From NCBI GenBank assembly GCA_050506795.1, contig JBJHCF010000004.1, positions 32,001 through 96,000 of the forward strand: DNA of 64,000 nucleotides, read 5' to 3'. Under the pieces are notes generated by a model. It had not been told where the DNA came from. It did not search any database and saw only the letters and a program-made list of their open reading frames with translations. This DNA comes from Opitutia bacterium. GTDB lineage: Bacteria; Verrucomicrobiota; Verrucomicrobiia; Opitutales; T3Sed10-336. Each line of letters opens with the position of its first letter. Position 1 is the stretch's first letter. Below, piece by piece: positions 37,468-46,530 of this stretch. Made by a program: the position numbers and the translations under genes.

Positions 37468-37505
37468 GCTACTTTTGGAGTAGCAAATGCTACTTTTGGG
37501 GTAGC
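37468..37505. promoter_or_regulatory. tandem palindromic operators GCTAC-TTTTGG(A/G)-GTAGC
   Basis: Copies at 37468-37484 and 37489-37505, upstream of the replication operon. Confidence 0.6.
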
Positions 37506-37508
37506 ATT

Positions 37509-38834
37509 TTATTTTTTCTGAAAAAATTTCACGCGCCAGACCTCCCCGAGGGCGGGGGTGTATGTGAACTCATTTCCTTTGCGAACGCGGGGCGAAATGT
37601 ATTTTGCAGCGGGGGCGCAACGGGATTCGAGCGCGGCCAGAGCGACGTTGAGCGCTTTCGTGACGGCTTTGCGGGCACGTTCGTGGCGGCTGTCGACGCG
37701 GAGGCGCCGGCCTTTTCCCGTCACCTTGCGAAGATGGGCGCGGATTTCATCGAGTTCGGCTTCGATCTCGTCGGCCTCCATTTCGCGACCGGCGTCGCGG
37801 GCATCGTCAGCGGCGGCCTTCAGCTCGGCCACTTTGCGGGCGTAGGCAAGCTGGGCGGAGCGATCCGTCGCGGCGATGCCGCCGTCCCCTTCGGCGCTGG
37901 CAGCGAGCCCTTCGAGAGATGCAGTGACCGGTTCGGCGGGATCGAGATCCTCTTGCAGGTCGATCGGGCTGAAGGAGAGATCCGGTTGGTTGAGTAGCCG
38001 GGCGAGATACTGCATGCCGCGCATGTCGGGAATCGTTCCGTGGTGCCCCAGAAAGTTCATGCGCCACGTCGCTCCCTCGCAGGTCAGGGCGTATTCGGGC
38101 GGCGGTTCCTCCACTGCATTGAAGTCCGACAGGGACTCAGCCGGAGCGAACGAGGCACATAGCTCCCGCCATGCGGCGAGAAAGGAGTCTGTAGCGGCGA
38201 GGCCGCGGGGACCGAGCTCGAAGCCGCCGTCGAGGGCGAGCGGACGGCATCCTTTGCGTTGCAGAAGCGCGGCTACGTCAGGCGTGAGGTGCCGGAGGGT
38301 CGGGCTGAGGAGGATGAACGGAAAACGGTCCGCAAGGATCTGCCGTTCGACGAACGTTTTGAAATCCTGTGGATTGGATTGCCGGGTAAAAAGAATTTGC
38401 ACGGGAGCGGAAGCGGTTCCTGGAAGATTCCCCAGAAAGAGAGACGCTCCAGGCAGGCCGAGCGGGGTGGGATTGAACGGGAGTCGGAGAATCTTTCCCA
38501 CTTCCTCCATGATTCTCCGGTCCTGAGGTTCGTAACGGATCAGTTCGGCACGTTCGAATGAACGGCGGGGGCAGCGGCCTTCGTCGCAGATGCCGACGAG
38601 AGAGCCGTCCTGGTGCTCGACGATGCGATAGTTGCAGGCTGTCTGGCGACTGCGCTCGCAGGAAGCAATCGGCGACAGCCCCGGCACTGGCGCAAGGTAG
38701 CGCTGCATGAGGGGAAACTCGTCGCCGAGGGCGAGCTTCCAGACCGGCTCGCGGATCGGCCCGAGCCGCACATCAAGACATTTCCAAAACAAACTCTTGC
38801 TGCTCATGACCGGTAACCATTCCTCGTTCGACAA
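37509..38834 (-). CDS. hypothetical protein with Cys cluster and C-terminal putative DNA-binding domain
   Basis: Four N-terminal Cys; RGMQYLARLL...ERARKAVTKAL regulator-like C-domain; real start may be 38808. Confidence 0.65.
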   Translation of the reverse strand: MSNEEWLPVMSSKSLFWKCLDVRLGPIREPVWKLALGDEFPLMQRYLAPVPGLSPIASCERSRQTACNYRIVEHQDGSLVGICDEGRCPRRSFERAELIRYEPQDRRIMEEVGKILRLPFNPTPLGLPGASLFLGNLPGTASAPVQILFTRQSNPQDFKTFVERQILADRFPFILLSPTLRHLTPDVAALLQRKGCRPLALDGGFELGPRGLAATDSFLAAWRELCASFAPAESLSDFNAVEEPPPEYALTCEGATWRMNFLGHHGTIPDMRGMQYLARLLNQPDLSFSPIDLQEDLDPAEPVTASLEGLAASAEGDGGIAATDRSAQLAYARKVAELKAAADDARDAGREMEADEIEAELDEIRAHLRKVTGKGRRLRVDSRHERARKAVTKALNVALAALESRCAPAAKYISPRVRKGNEFTYTPALGEVWRVKFFQKK

Positions 38835-39972
38835 ATCCGCGACGCATCAGCCATTCCTCGATCAGTTGGCTATCGTCGTCCCGCGTGTAGAGGGCGACAT
38901 TGGTCGGCTTGATCGTCACTGAGCGTGGCGTTGGGTTGTCCCGGAACCGGACCTTGAACGTCGCCTGGAGGAGGCGAGCCAGCGGCGGGATCTGAAATTC
39001 CCGTGACGCCATGGCATTGAAGAGGTCTTCGGCTTTATGGCTGCGGACTTCCCTTTCGAGATCTTCCAGTGCGTATTCCAGCTTCACGAGGCGGACCCAA
39101 TTCAGGCCGGGAACATCCACGCACTCGACCGAGGACGCGGCGTCGCGGCGGATCGGATCGAGGGTGTATTTGTTCGTTTCCGGAAAGTAATTCTCGCGGC
39201 CGAACAGCTCCAGGCTGAAAGTTGTGCGGTAGCGGTCGCGAAGCGTCGGCGTCCTGGCATTGATGCGAATTTCATTCGTCAGGCCGTCGAAGACCAGGAC
39301 GTCAAATTTCTCCGGCCGGAACAGGACGGAAGCGGCGCTGCCGTCGTCGGCGACGGTCGACTCACGCCGGTAACAGTCTCCGTGGCGGATCAGAAACCAC
39401 GTTTCGTGGTTGCGGGTGTAGGTGAAGATCCGGCAACCGGTCCCCATCCGACGCTTTTGAAACCAGACGTCGAGGGAGCGTTCGATCGCTTTGATCTGCG
39501 CATCGCCAGGTGGTTCGAATGCTTCTCCGCCTCCTCCCTCGGCACTGAAATACTCAAAGGCGCGGGCACGGAGTGGGAGTCGCTCGTAATGAACCGCCTT
39601 CGCTGCCGCCGGATCTACAATATACAGGAGCATCGCGGCCTCGGCGGCAGTGGCGTCGTTGGGCAATTGGAGGCCGGCGTTCTGACAGGCCTCATAGACG
39701 GCGTCTGCCGCATCGAGGGTGGCCAGCTCGCTGACGCAAAAGATGGCATCGATCAGCTCGCGGGGCGTTTCTTCGCTTGGGGACAGAAAGGTTTGGGTGA
39801 TGGCAGGGAGAACATTGGAATTCTCTGGGGCAGAAAGAGCATCCAGCTCAATCTGACGGGAATCGAAAAACCCCCGGTAGGGATCGAAAAACCTCCGTAA
39901 GGTTTCGCGATTTGTGGAGTGGAGCGCCTTGGGACGCGTGAAGATCAGGGAACTGAATGAGGACATTGCCAA
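38773..39972 (-). CDS. hypothetical protein, partner of 37509..38834
   Basis: 399-aa intact ORF overlapping the next gene; FLIRHGD, FRPEKFD, YTLDPI. Confidence 0.7.
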   Translation of the reverse strand: MAMSSFSSLIFTRPKALHSTNRETLRRFFDPYRGFFDSRQIELDALSAPENSNVLPAITQTFLSPSEETPRELIDAIFCVSELATLDAADAVYEACQNAGLQLPNDATAAEAAMLLYIVDPAAAKAVHYERLPLRARAFEYFSAEGGGGEAFEPPGDAQIKAIERSLDVWFQKRRMGTGCRIFTYTRNHETWFLIRHGDCYRRESTVADDGSAASVLFRPEKFDVLVFDGLTNEIRINARTPTLRDRYRTTFSLELFGRENYFPETNKYTLDPIRRDAASSVECVDVPGLNWVRLVKLEYALEDLEREVRSHKAEDLFNAMASREFQIPPLARLLQATFKVRFRDNPTPRSVTIKPTNVALYTRDDDSQLIEEWLMRRGFVERGMVTGHEQQEFVLEMS

Positions 39973-40238
39973 GCTGCTTCAAAAACCGTCCGGTCCTCTG
40001 ACACTCGCACCGCCCGTCAGCTTCGCGGGGCCGGCCCAATGGCCTCTGGATCAGCCAGACCCAGGGCGGAAAGTCACCTCGTCCGCCAGCGGCAATCCGT
40101 AGCCTCCGTTCCCTGGACGGGAGGGGTGGCGACTGCGGATCGCATTTGCCAAGGAAAACAAGGGATCTCGAAAGTTCCAGAAAAAAAGCGAGGATTCTTG
40201 ACACTCCCGGGCGCTCCGGTGATAGATCTTCTTTTGAA

Positions 40239-40661
40239 ATGCGTCGCCTTGGGATGATAGTCCTTTCATTGCTATTCTCGGCTCTAGCGTTGGTTGGGGG
40301 TGCCGAGGGAGCGATGCTGTGTCTTCATCAGGCAGGGGCGGTTCACTTGGGGGCTGCGCCCATTGAGAGGGGCGGCGGGGAAGCGGGGTGCGTCAACGAG
40401 CTTGGCGAAGCCTGCGACCGAAGCGCGGAGCACCCGTGCGACTGGTGCGTCGATGTGGAGATTCGGGGGATCGATCTGGCTCAGCTTCGTTTGGATGAAT
40501 CTGTCGAAGTGACGGTCCCCGTGGCGGCAACGGGGGAAATGGTCTCCGCCGTCGAATGGGGCTTGCCATCCGCTGTACTCTTGAATTGCGCCCCTGCGCG
40601 TGCGCCTCCTGCCCTTTCCGAGGCGTTGATCGTCGCCAAGACGACGGTTCTGCTTTTGTGA
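40239..40661 (+). CDS. exported CxxC/RAPP leader protein (DUF2946/CzcI-like)
   Basis: Signal peptide, LCLH, HPCDWC, ARAPP near the C-terminus; first gene of the efflux operon. Confidence 0.6.
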   Translation: MRRLGMIVLSLLFSALALVGGAEGAMLCLHQAGAVHLGAAPIERGGGEAGCVNELGEACDRSAEHPCDWCVDVEIRGIDLAQLRLDESVEVTVPVAATGEMVSAVEWGLPSAVLLNCAPARAPPALSEALIVAKTTVLLL

Positions 40662-40761
40662 GTTCCTGAATTCGGGTTTGAGCGGCCTTTTACCCAAGGC
40701 CGTTTTCCAACTGCTTCGGCGTATCGACGCCGGATCTTTCTCCGAATCCAGGAACTTTTTC

Positions 40762-42048
40762 ATGAATGCAGCTATACGTTTTTCCTTATTTTCATTTCCT
40801 TCTTTTCTAGCGACCGTCCTCGTGGCGGCGGCTTCTCCAGCTTTCGGCGAGGAGGCCGTCCTGACTGTGGACGAACTGGTCGCGGAAGTGCTCGGGAGCA
40901 ATCCTGAACTCGCGATCTACGAGGCCGAAATCGCCGCGGCCCGCGGCGAGCGGCGTCAGTCGGGGCGATGGGCGAACCCGGAGTTTTCCTTGGAGGCGGG
41001 TCATCAGCGGATCCGGGGGAGCGAAGGGGCCGGAGCGGCCGAGGGCTTGGCCTGGGCCGCATCGGTGGCTCAGCCGATCGAGTTTCCGGGGCGGCTGGCG
41101 CTGCGCAAGGCGATCGCCGACCGGAACACGGAGTTGGCCAATTTGGGCCTGGAAAACTTCCGACGGGTGCTGGAGAACCAAGTTCGTTCGCTGGCCTATT
41201 CGCTCTATGCGGCACGAGGGTCGGCGGATGCCGCCGACGATGTGGCCGCCCGCGCCCGGGAGTTGACGCAGGTTGTGCTTCAGCGCGAGGTCGGCGGTAT
41301 CTCCCCGTTGCTGGAAAGCCGCATTCTGGAGAGCAGCGCCCTGACCTTGGAACAGCGGCGGCAGGAGGCGCGGCGCGTTTATCAACGGGCCTTAATCGCG
41401 CTGAACCAGTTGCGGGACGCGCCCGCCGAGACGCCGGTGAGACTGGCGGAGGCTCCCTTGGAATTCCCCGAACTTCCTCCCGTGCCGGAGCTCGTCAGCG
41501 GCGCCTGGAGAAATTCGTTTGAGGCGCGGGCGAGGCAGGTGGAGTTGGAGCAGCAGGGCTTTCGGGTGCGCCTGGAGAGGAATGAGCGCTATCCAACCGT
41601 CACGGCGGGGCCTTTTATCTCGCAGGATAGAGCGGGCGAGAAGGAGACAGTGGCCGGGGTGAGCGTTTCGTTCGCTCTGCCGTTATGGGATCGAAACGAG
41701 GGCAATATCGATGCCTCGCGGGCGCGGCTACGGCAGGCTGAGGCGTCGCTGCTCGTGACGCGGCGCGAACTGGAACGGCGCGTAGTGGAGCGGGCATTGA
41801 ACTATCAGTCCGCGAGGCAGGCCCTGGCGGAGTTGAGACCGGAGGCGATCTCTGAGTTCGAGGAGGCGGCCGAACTGGCGGAGCGTCATTATCGGTTAGG
41901 GGCAATCCCGATCAGCACGTATTTGGAGATGCAAACCGCCTACCTCGACGCTCTGGACGCTGTGCTCGGCCTGCGGCAGCAAACGCTGGAGAGCCGACTG
42001 GAACTGGAAATTTTGACGGGAAACTTTGAGAAGGGAACTGAACGATGA
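40762..42048 (+). CDS. czcC: TolC-family outer-membrane factor (CzcC-like)
   Basis: NPELA, QPIEFPG, ALPLWDRNEGNI, YRLGAI; precedes MFP and HME-RND genes. Confidence 0.82.
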   Translation: MNAAIRFSLFSFPSFLATVLVAAASPAFGEEAVLTVDELVAEVLGSNPELAIYEAEIAAARGERRQSGRWANPEFSLEAGHQRIRGSEGAGAAEGLAWAASVAQPIEFPGRLALRKAIADRNTELANLGLENFRRVLENQVRSLAYSLYAARGSADAADDVAARARELTQVVLQREVGGISPLLESRILESSALTLEQRRQEARRVYQRALIALNQLRDAPAETPVRLAEAPLEFPELPPVPELVSGAWRNSFEARARQVELEQQGFRVRLERNERYPTVTAGPFISQDRAGEKETVAGVSVSFALPLWDRNEGNIDASRARLRQAEASLLVTRRELERRVVERALNYQSARQALAELRPEAISEFEEAAELAERHYRLGAIPISTYLEMQTAYLDALDAVLGLRQQTLESRLELEILTGNFEKGTER

Positions 42049-42812
42049 ATTCTATTTTGAAAATGATTTTTTTGAGCGCTGCCACGATAGGCATTGCGCT
42101 GGCGGTAAGCGGGTGTGCGAAGACAGAGGGTGCCGATCAGGATCATGAGGCGGAGCAGGCGCAGGATCATTCCGGTAACTGGGTGTTCGACGAGGGCCGT
42201 GGCGTCAGGCTGACCGAGGCCGGGAGGAATGTTGCTGGCATCGAATTGGCGGAAGCGGTTTTCGCCGAAGGCGGCAACGGCACGATAACCGCGATGGGAC
42301 AGGTTTTCGCCGTGGACCGGAGCCGCGGCACGGCGCGGGCAAGTGTGGCCTTGTCGGCGCGGCGGGCAAATGGAATTGAGCCAGGCGCGCCAGTTAACGC
42401 TGGAACACGACCGGGCGACTTGCACCTTGCCGGGCACGTAGAGCGAGTCGATCGACAGGCGGTTCGGGTGACCGGTCAGGTCGAGGTGATCGTGAGTGTC
42501 CCCGCAGCTGAGGCTCACTTGCGCGAAGGCTCGTTTCTAAGCTTCAGCTTCGATCAACCAGGCGCGCAGGGCGACGAGATGTTACGCATCCCCGCCTCGG
42601 CTCTTCTTCCGACGGCTCGCGGTGATTTCGTTTACGTGGTGAATGGAAACCATTTTTTTCGGTCCCCGGTGCAAACGGGGCGGAAAAGCGGCGATTTCAT
42701 CGAGATCGAAGACGGGTTGTTCGAAGGCGACGTGGTGGTGTCGGCGGGTAAAAAGCATCTCTGGCTGATCGAGCTGCAGGCGATCAACGGAGGTGAAGCC
42801 TGCGCCGACTGA
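42045..42812 (+). CDS. czcB: RND periplasmic adaptor (short CzcB-like lipoprotein)
   Basis: VSG-C lipobox, IPASAL, IEIEDGLFEGDVVV. Confidence 0.72.
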   Translation: MNSILKMIFLSAATIGIALAVSGCAKTEGADQDHEAEQAQDHSGNWVFDEGRGVRLTEAGRNVAGIELAEAVFAEGGNGTITAMGQVFAVDRSRGTARASVALSARRANGIEPGAPVNAGTRPGDLHLAGHVERVDRQAVRVTGQVEVIVSVPAAEAHLREGSFLSFSFDQPGAQGDEMLRIPASALLPTARGDFVYVVNGNHFFRSPVQTGRKSGDFIEIEDGLFEGDVVVSAGKKHLWLIELQAINGGEACAD

Positions 42813-42830
42813 CACTAAGAGGACCACGGA

Positions 42831-45800
42831 ATGCTGAACAAACTAATTGAGTTCTCCATCCGGCAGCGCGGCTTCGTTCTCCTGCTGACGGTCGTATTGA
42901 TCGTCGCCGGGATCTGGTCAGCCTACCATCTCCATGTGGATGCGGTGCCGGATATCACCAGCACGCAAGTGCAGATCAACACGGCAGTGCCCGCGTTGGC
43001 GCCCGAGGAAATCGAGCAACTGGTGACATTCCCCATCGAGAGCCGCATGTCGGGCATGCCGGGCCTCGTGGAGTTGCGCTCGCTTTCGCGTCCGGGTTTG
43101 TCGCAGGTGACGATGACATTCGCCGACGGCTCGGACGTATATCGTTTGCGGCAACTCGCGATGGAGAGGCTTCAGGAGGCCATGGATGAGATTCCGGCCG
43201 GCCTTCAGCCGACGCTTGCGCCGATCAGCACGGGGCTGAGCGAAATCTTTTACTATGCGGTCGGTTTTGCCGAGGACGCACCGAATGTGCCGGAGAGCGA
43301 ATACGAGCGACTGCTGGAGCTATCGCAGATCCAGGAATATACGGTAAAGCCGCTCTTACGCGCGACGGCGGGCCTCGCCGAGGTGAACACTTCCGGAGGT
43401 TACGAGAAAAAGATTCTTGTTCAGCCCGATCCCGTGCGCCTCACCCAGCTAGGTCTCACTTTCGACGAGTTCGCCGAACGGCTGAAAGGCGGCTTCGTCA
43501 ATGTCGGCGGCGGCCTGCTGGAGGTGGGCGGTGAACAAGTGGTGATCCGTTCGAATTCGAGGATGACCCGAAGCGAGGAAGTTGCAGGCCTGCCTTTGAA
43601 GTTCGGGGCGCAGGTGAATCCGATTCTGGTGGGCGACGTGGCCGAAATCGTGGTTGGGTCGAGCATCCGGACCGGCGCGGCCACCATCAATGGAGAAGAG
43701 GCGGTGCTGGGAGCGGCGATCATGATGGCCGGGGAAAACAGTCGCGTCGTAGCCCGCGCGGTGAGCCAGCGTCTGGCGGAGATCCAAAATCGCATGCCGG
43801 AAGGTGTGGTTATTACCCCGCTTTACGATCGGGGCGATTTGATCGACGCCACGATCTCGACCGTGCGCCGCAATCTCACTCATGGAGCCGTTCTGGTCAT
43901 CGTCGTTTTGTTCGCGATGCTGGGCAACATTCGGGCGGCGCTGATTGTCGCGGCGGTCATCCCGCTTTCCATGCTGGCGGCATTCATTGGCATGACACTG
44001 GCGGGCGTCTCGGGAAATCTGATGAGCCTTGGCGCGATCGACTTCGGGCTCATCGTGAGCGGCGCGGTCATTGTCGTGGAAAACTGCATGCGACGGCTCG
44101 GCCTCCTTCGCCACCGGATCGGGAGAGATCCCCGCGCCGAGGAACGGCGGGCCGAGGTTCTCGCCGCTTCACGTGAGGTCGCCAAACCGATGTTCTTTGG
44201 TGTGGCCATCATCACCATCGTCTATGTGCCGATCCTGGCGCTGACGGGCATCGAGGGGAAAATGTTTCACCCGATGGCGCTGACTGTCATGTTCGCCCTA
44301 ACGGGCTCGCTGCTTTTGGGCCTGACTTTCGCGCCCGCGCTGAGTTCCTGGGTGATCGCCGGGAGAATGACCGGCGAAGATAGTTTCCTCGTCCGCGCTT
44401 TGCGCTGGATCTACCATCCGATTCTTCGATTCGCGGTTCGCTTTCCTGTGGCCGTGGCGGTGGGAGCGGCGGCTCTTTTCGCTCTAGCGGTGCTGACGTT
44501 TCTGAGGTTGGGGGCGGAGTTTATCCCGCAGCTCGACGAAGGCTCGCTCGCCGTGCAGATGGTCCGCAGCAACAGCGTCGGCATTCAAACGTCGTTGGAG
44601 CTGCAACAGCAGGCGGAGCGCCTGCTGCTGGAGGAGTTCCCCGAGGTCCGACAGATCTTCTCGCGCATCGGGACGGCGGAGATCGCCACCGATCCGATGG
44701 GCCCGAACGTTTCCGATACGTATGTTCTGTTTCATCCGCAGGAAACCTGGCGCGAGATCAACGACCGGCGAGCACGGAAGGACGATCTGGTTGCCATGAT
44801 GCAGCGGGTCCTCGACCGGAATATTCCCGGACAAGTGGTTTTGTTTTCCCAACCGATCCAGCTTCGTTTCAACGAAATCATGGCCGGCGCCCGCGCCGAC
44901 ATCGCTGTGAAAATTTTCGGTGAGGATCTGGAAACGCTGGAGGAGCAGGCGTTCGCCGTCCGCGATGTGCTACGCACTATTCCCGGCGGAGGCGACGTGG
45001 AATTCGACGCCATGGGGCGGGTGCCGATGCTGGAGATCGTGCCGGATCGGGAGGCGATGCGGCGACTGAATATTCATCCCGACGAAATCAACCGCGTCAT
45101 CCAGACCGCACTGGCGGGAAGAGAGGCGGGACTTTTCATCGATGGGAACCGGCGATTTCCGGTCGTCGTGCGGCTGCCCGAAGCCCAACGCCACGATTTC
45201 GACGCGATCAGGGACCTGCCGGTGCGGACGGATGGCGGCGGCATTGTCCGGCTGGGCCAGGTTGCCGACTTGCGAGTCGAGGACCGCGTGGGAACAATCA
45301 CGCGGGAAATGGCTGAGCGTCGGGCGGCCATCCTGATCAATCTGCGCGGGCGCGATACCGAAAGCTTCGTGCGCGAAGCGGAGGCGCGCTTGCGCGATGA
45401 AGTGGTCTTGCCTCCCGGATACGCGATCGAATTTGGCGGGCAGTTTGAAAACCTGCAACGGGCGCGGGCCCGGCTGGCTGTGGTTGTTCCGATTGCATTG
45501 TGCCTGATCTTTTTCCTAATCTTTTCCTCCACGGGAAGCATGCAGCGGTCTCTCGTCATCTTTACGGGCGTGCCGTTTGCGGTGACTGGCGGGGTCTTCG
45601 CCCTCTGGCTGCGAGACATGCCGTTCAGTATCTCGGCCGGGATCGGCTTTATCGCTTTGAGCGGGATCGCCGTGATGGATGCGCTCGTGCTCGTGAACTG
45701 CTTCAACGACTTGCGGCGAGAGGGCAGACCGTTGCGGGAGGCCGTGATGGAGGGGGCGATGATGCGCCTGCGGCCCGTGTTGATGACCTCGCTGGTCGCC

Positions 45801-46055
45801 GGCCTTGGCTTTGTGCCGATGGCATTCGCTACCACCCTTGGCGCCGAGGTGCAGCGTCCGCTGGCGACGGTTGTGATTGGCGGCATCCTCTCCTCGACTC
45901 TTTTGACACTTCTCGTCCTGCCGGGCCTCTATCTAATCACCGAGCGTCGCGACAATCGCAATACCGGAAAACTTTCAGAGAACGCAACGTCGGCTTCCGT
46001 CGTCAGTCACGACCATACAGAAGCAATCATTTCCCAACAAAAGACCACAAAATGA
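42831..46055 (+). CDS. czcA: heavy-metal efflux RND transporter (CzcA/CusA family)
   Basis: DAVPDIT, NLMSLGAIDFG, EGKMFHPMA, EFIPQLDEG, RLRPVLMT, EVQRPLATVVIGG. Confidence 0.92.
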   Translation: MLNKLIEFSIRQRGFVLLLTVVLIVAGIWSAYHLHVDAVPDITSTQVQINTAVPALAPEEIEQLVTFPIESRMSGMPGLVELRSLSRPGLSQVTMTFADGSDVYRLRQLAMERLQEAMDEIPAGLQPTLAPISTGLSEIFYYAVGFAEDAPNVPESEYERLLELSQIQEYTVKPLLRATAGLAEVNTSGGYEKKILVQPDPVRLTQLGLTFDEFAERLKGGFVNVGGGLLEVGGEQVVIRSNSRMTRSEEVAGLPLKFGAQVNPILVGDVAEIVVGSSIRTGAATINGEEAVLGAAIMMAGENSRVVARAVSQRLAEIQNRMPEGVVITPLYDRGDLIDATISTVRRNLTHGAVLVIVVLFAMLGNIRAALIVAAVIPLSMLAAFIGMTLAGVSGNLMSLGAIDFGLIVSGAVIVVENCMRRLGLLRHRIGRDPRAEERRAEVLAASREVAKPMFFGVAIITIVYVPILALTGIEGKMFHPMALTVMFALTGSLLLGLTFAPALSSWVIAGRMTGEDSFLVRALRWIYHPILRFAVRFPVAVAVGAAALFALAVLTFLRLGAEFIPQLDEGSLAVQMVRSNSVGIQTSLELQQQAERLLLEEFPEVRQIFSRIGTAEIATDPMGPNVSDTYVLFHPQETWREINDRRARKDDLVAMMQRVLDRNIPGQVVLFSQPIQLRFNEIMAGARADIAVKIFGEDLETLEEQAFAVRDVLRTIPGGGDVEFDAMGRVPMLEIVPDREAMRRLNIHPDEINRVIQTALAGREAGLFIDGNRRFPVVVRLPEAQRHDFDAIRDLPVRTDGGGIVRLGQVADLRVEDRVGTITREMAERRAAILINLRGRDTESFVREAEARLRDEVVLPPGYAIEFGGQFENLQRARARLAVVVPIALCLIFFLIFSSTGSMQRSLVIFTGVPFAVTGGVFALWLRDMPFSISAGIGFIALSGIAVMDALVLVNCFNDLRREGRPLREAVMEGAMMRLRPVLMTSLVAGLGFVPMAFATTLGAEVQRPLATVVIGGILSSTLLTLLVLPGLYLITERRDNRNTGKLSENATSASVVSHDHTEAIISQQKTTK

Positions 46056-46510
46056 ATACACCATACGTCATGAAACTAAAGAACGCACTTCTCGTATCTT
46101 TCGCATTGATGCTTGCGGGAGGAGCGGTCCTTGCCGCCGCTGAAAAGAGACAGCCCGGGCCGAACGGCGGGCTACTGCTGAAAACGGAGCCTCGAGCCGA
46201 GTTTTTTGTCAATAAGGACCGAAAGATCGAGATCACCTTTCTCGACGCTGAGCTAGAACCGGTGCCCCTGGAGCAACGAAACGTGCGGGTGACGGCAATG
46301 GCCCCTTCAGGACGAAAAATCCTGGAGTTTGACCGGAAGGAAAACGTCTTTATTTCCAAGGACCCCCTGCCGGACGGCGACGGCTACACCGTCGTTGCCC
46401 AGATCTGGCAGAAGGCGGATGACCGGCCGGAGAACTTCCGGATTGTGTATGAAGACTACGTCTGCGGCGGGTGCGACCTGGTGGAGTACGCCTGCATCTG
46501 CGATGACTGA
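46052..46510 (+). CDS. exported putative metal-binding protein
   Basis: Signal peptide, GPNGG motif, C-terminal CGGC...CIC; ATGA overlap with czcA. Confidence 0.7.
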   Translation: MNTPYVMKLKNALLVSFALMLAGGAVLAAAEKRQPGPNGGLLLKTEPRAEFFVNKDRKIEITFLDAELEPVPLEQRNVRVTAMAPSGRKILEFDRKENVFISKDPLPDGDGYTVVAQIWQKADDRPENFRIVYEDYVCGGCDLVEYACICDD

Positions 46511-46530
46511 GATCTGACACCGATCGCGCG

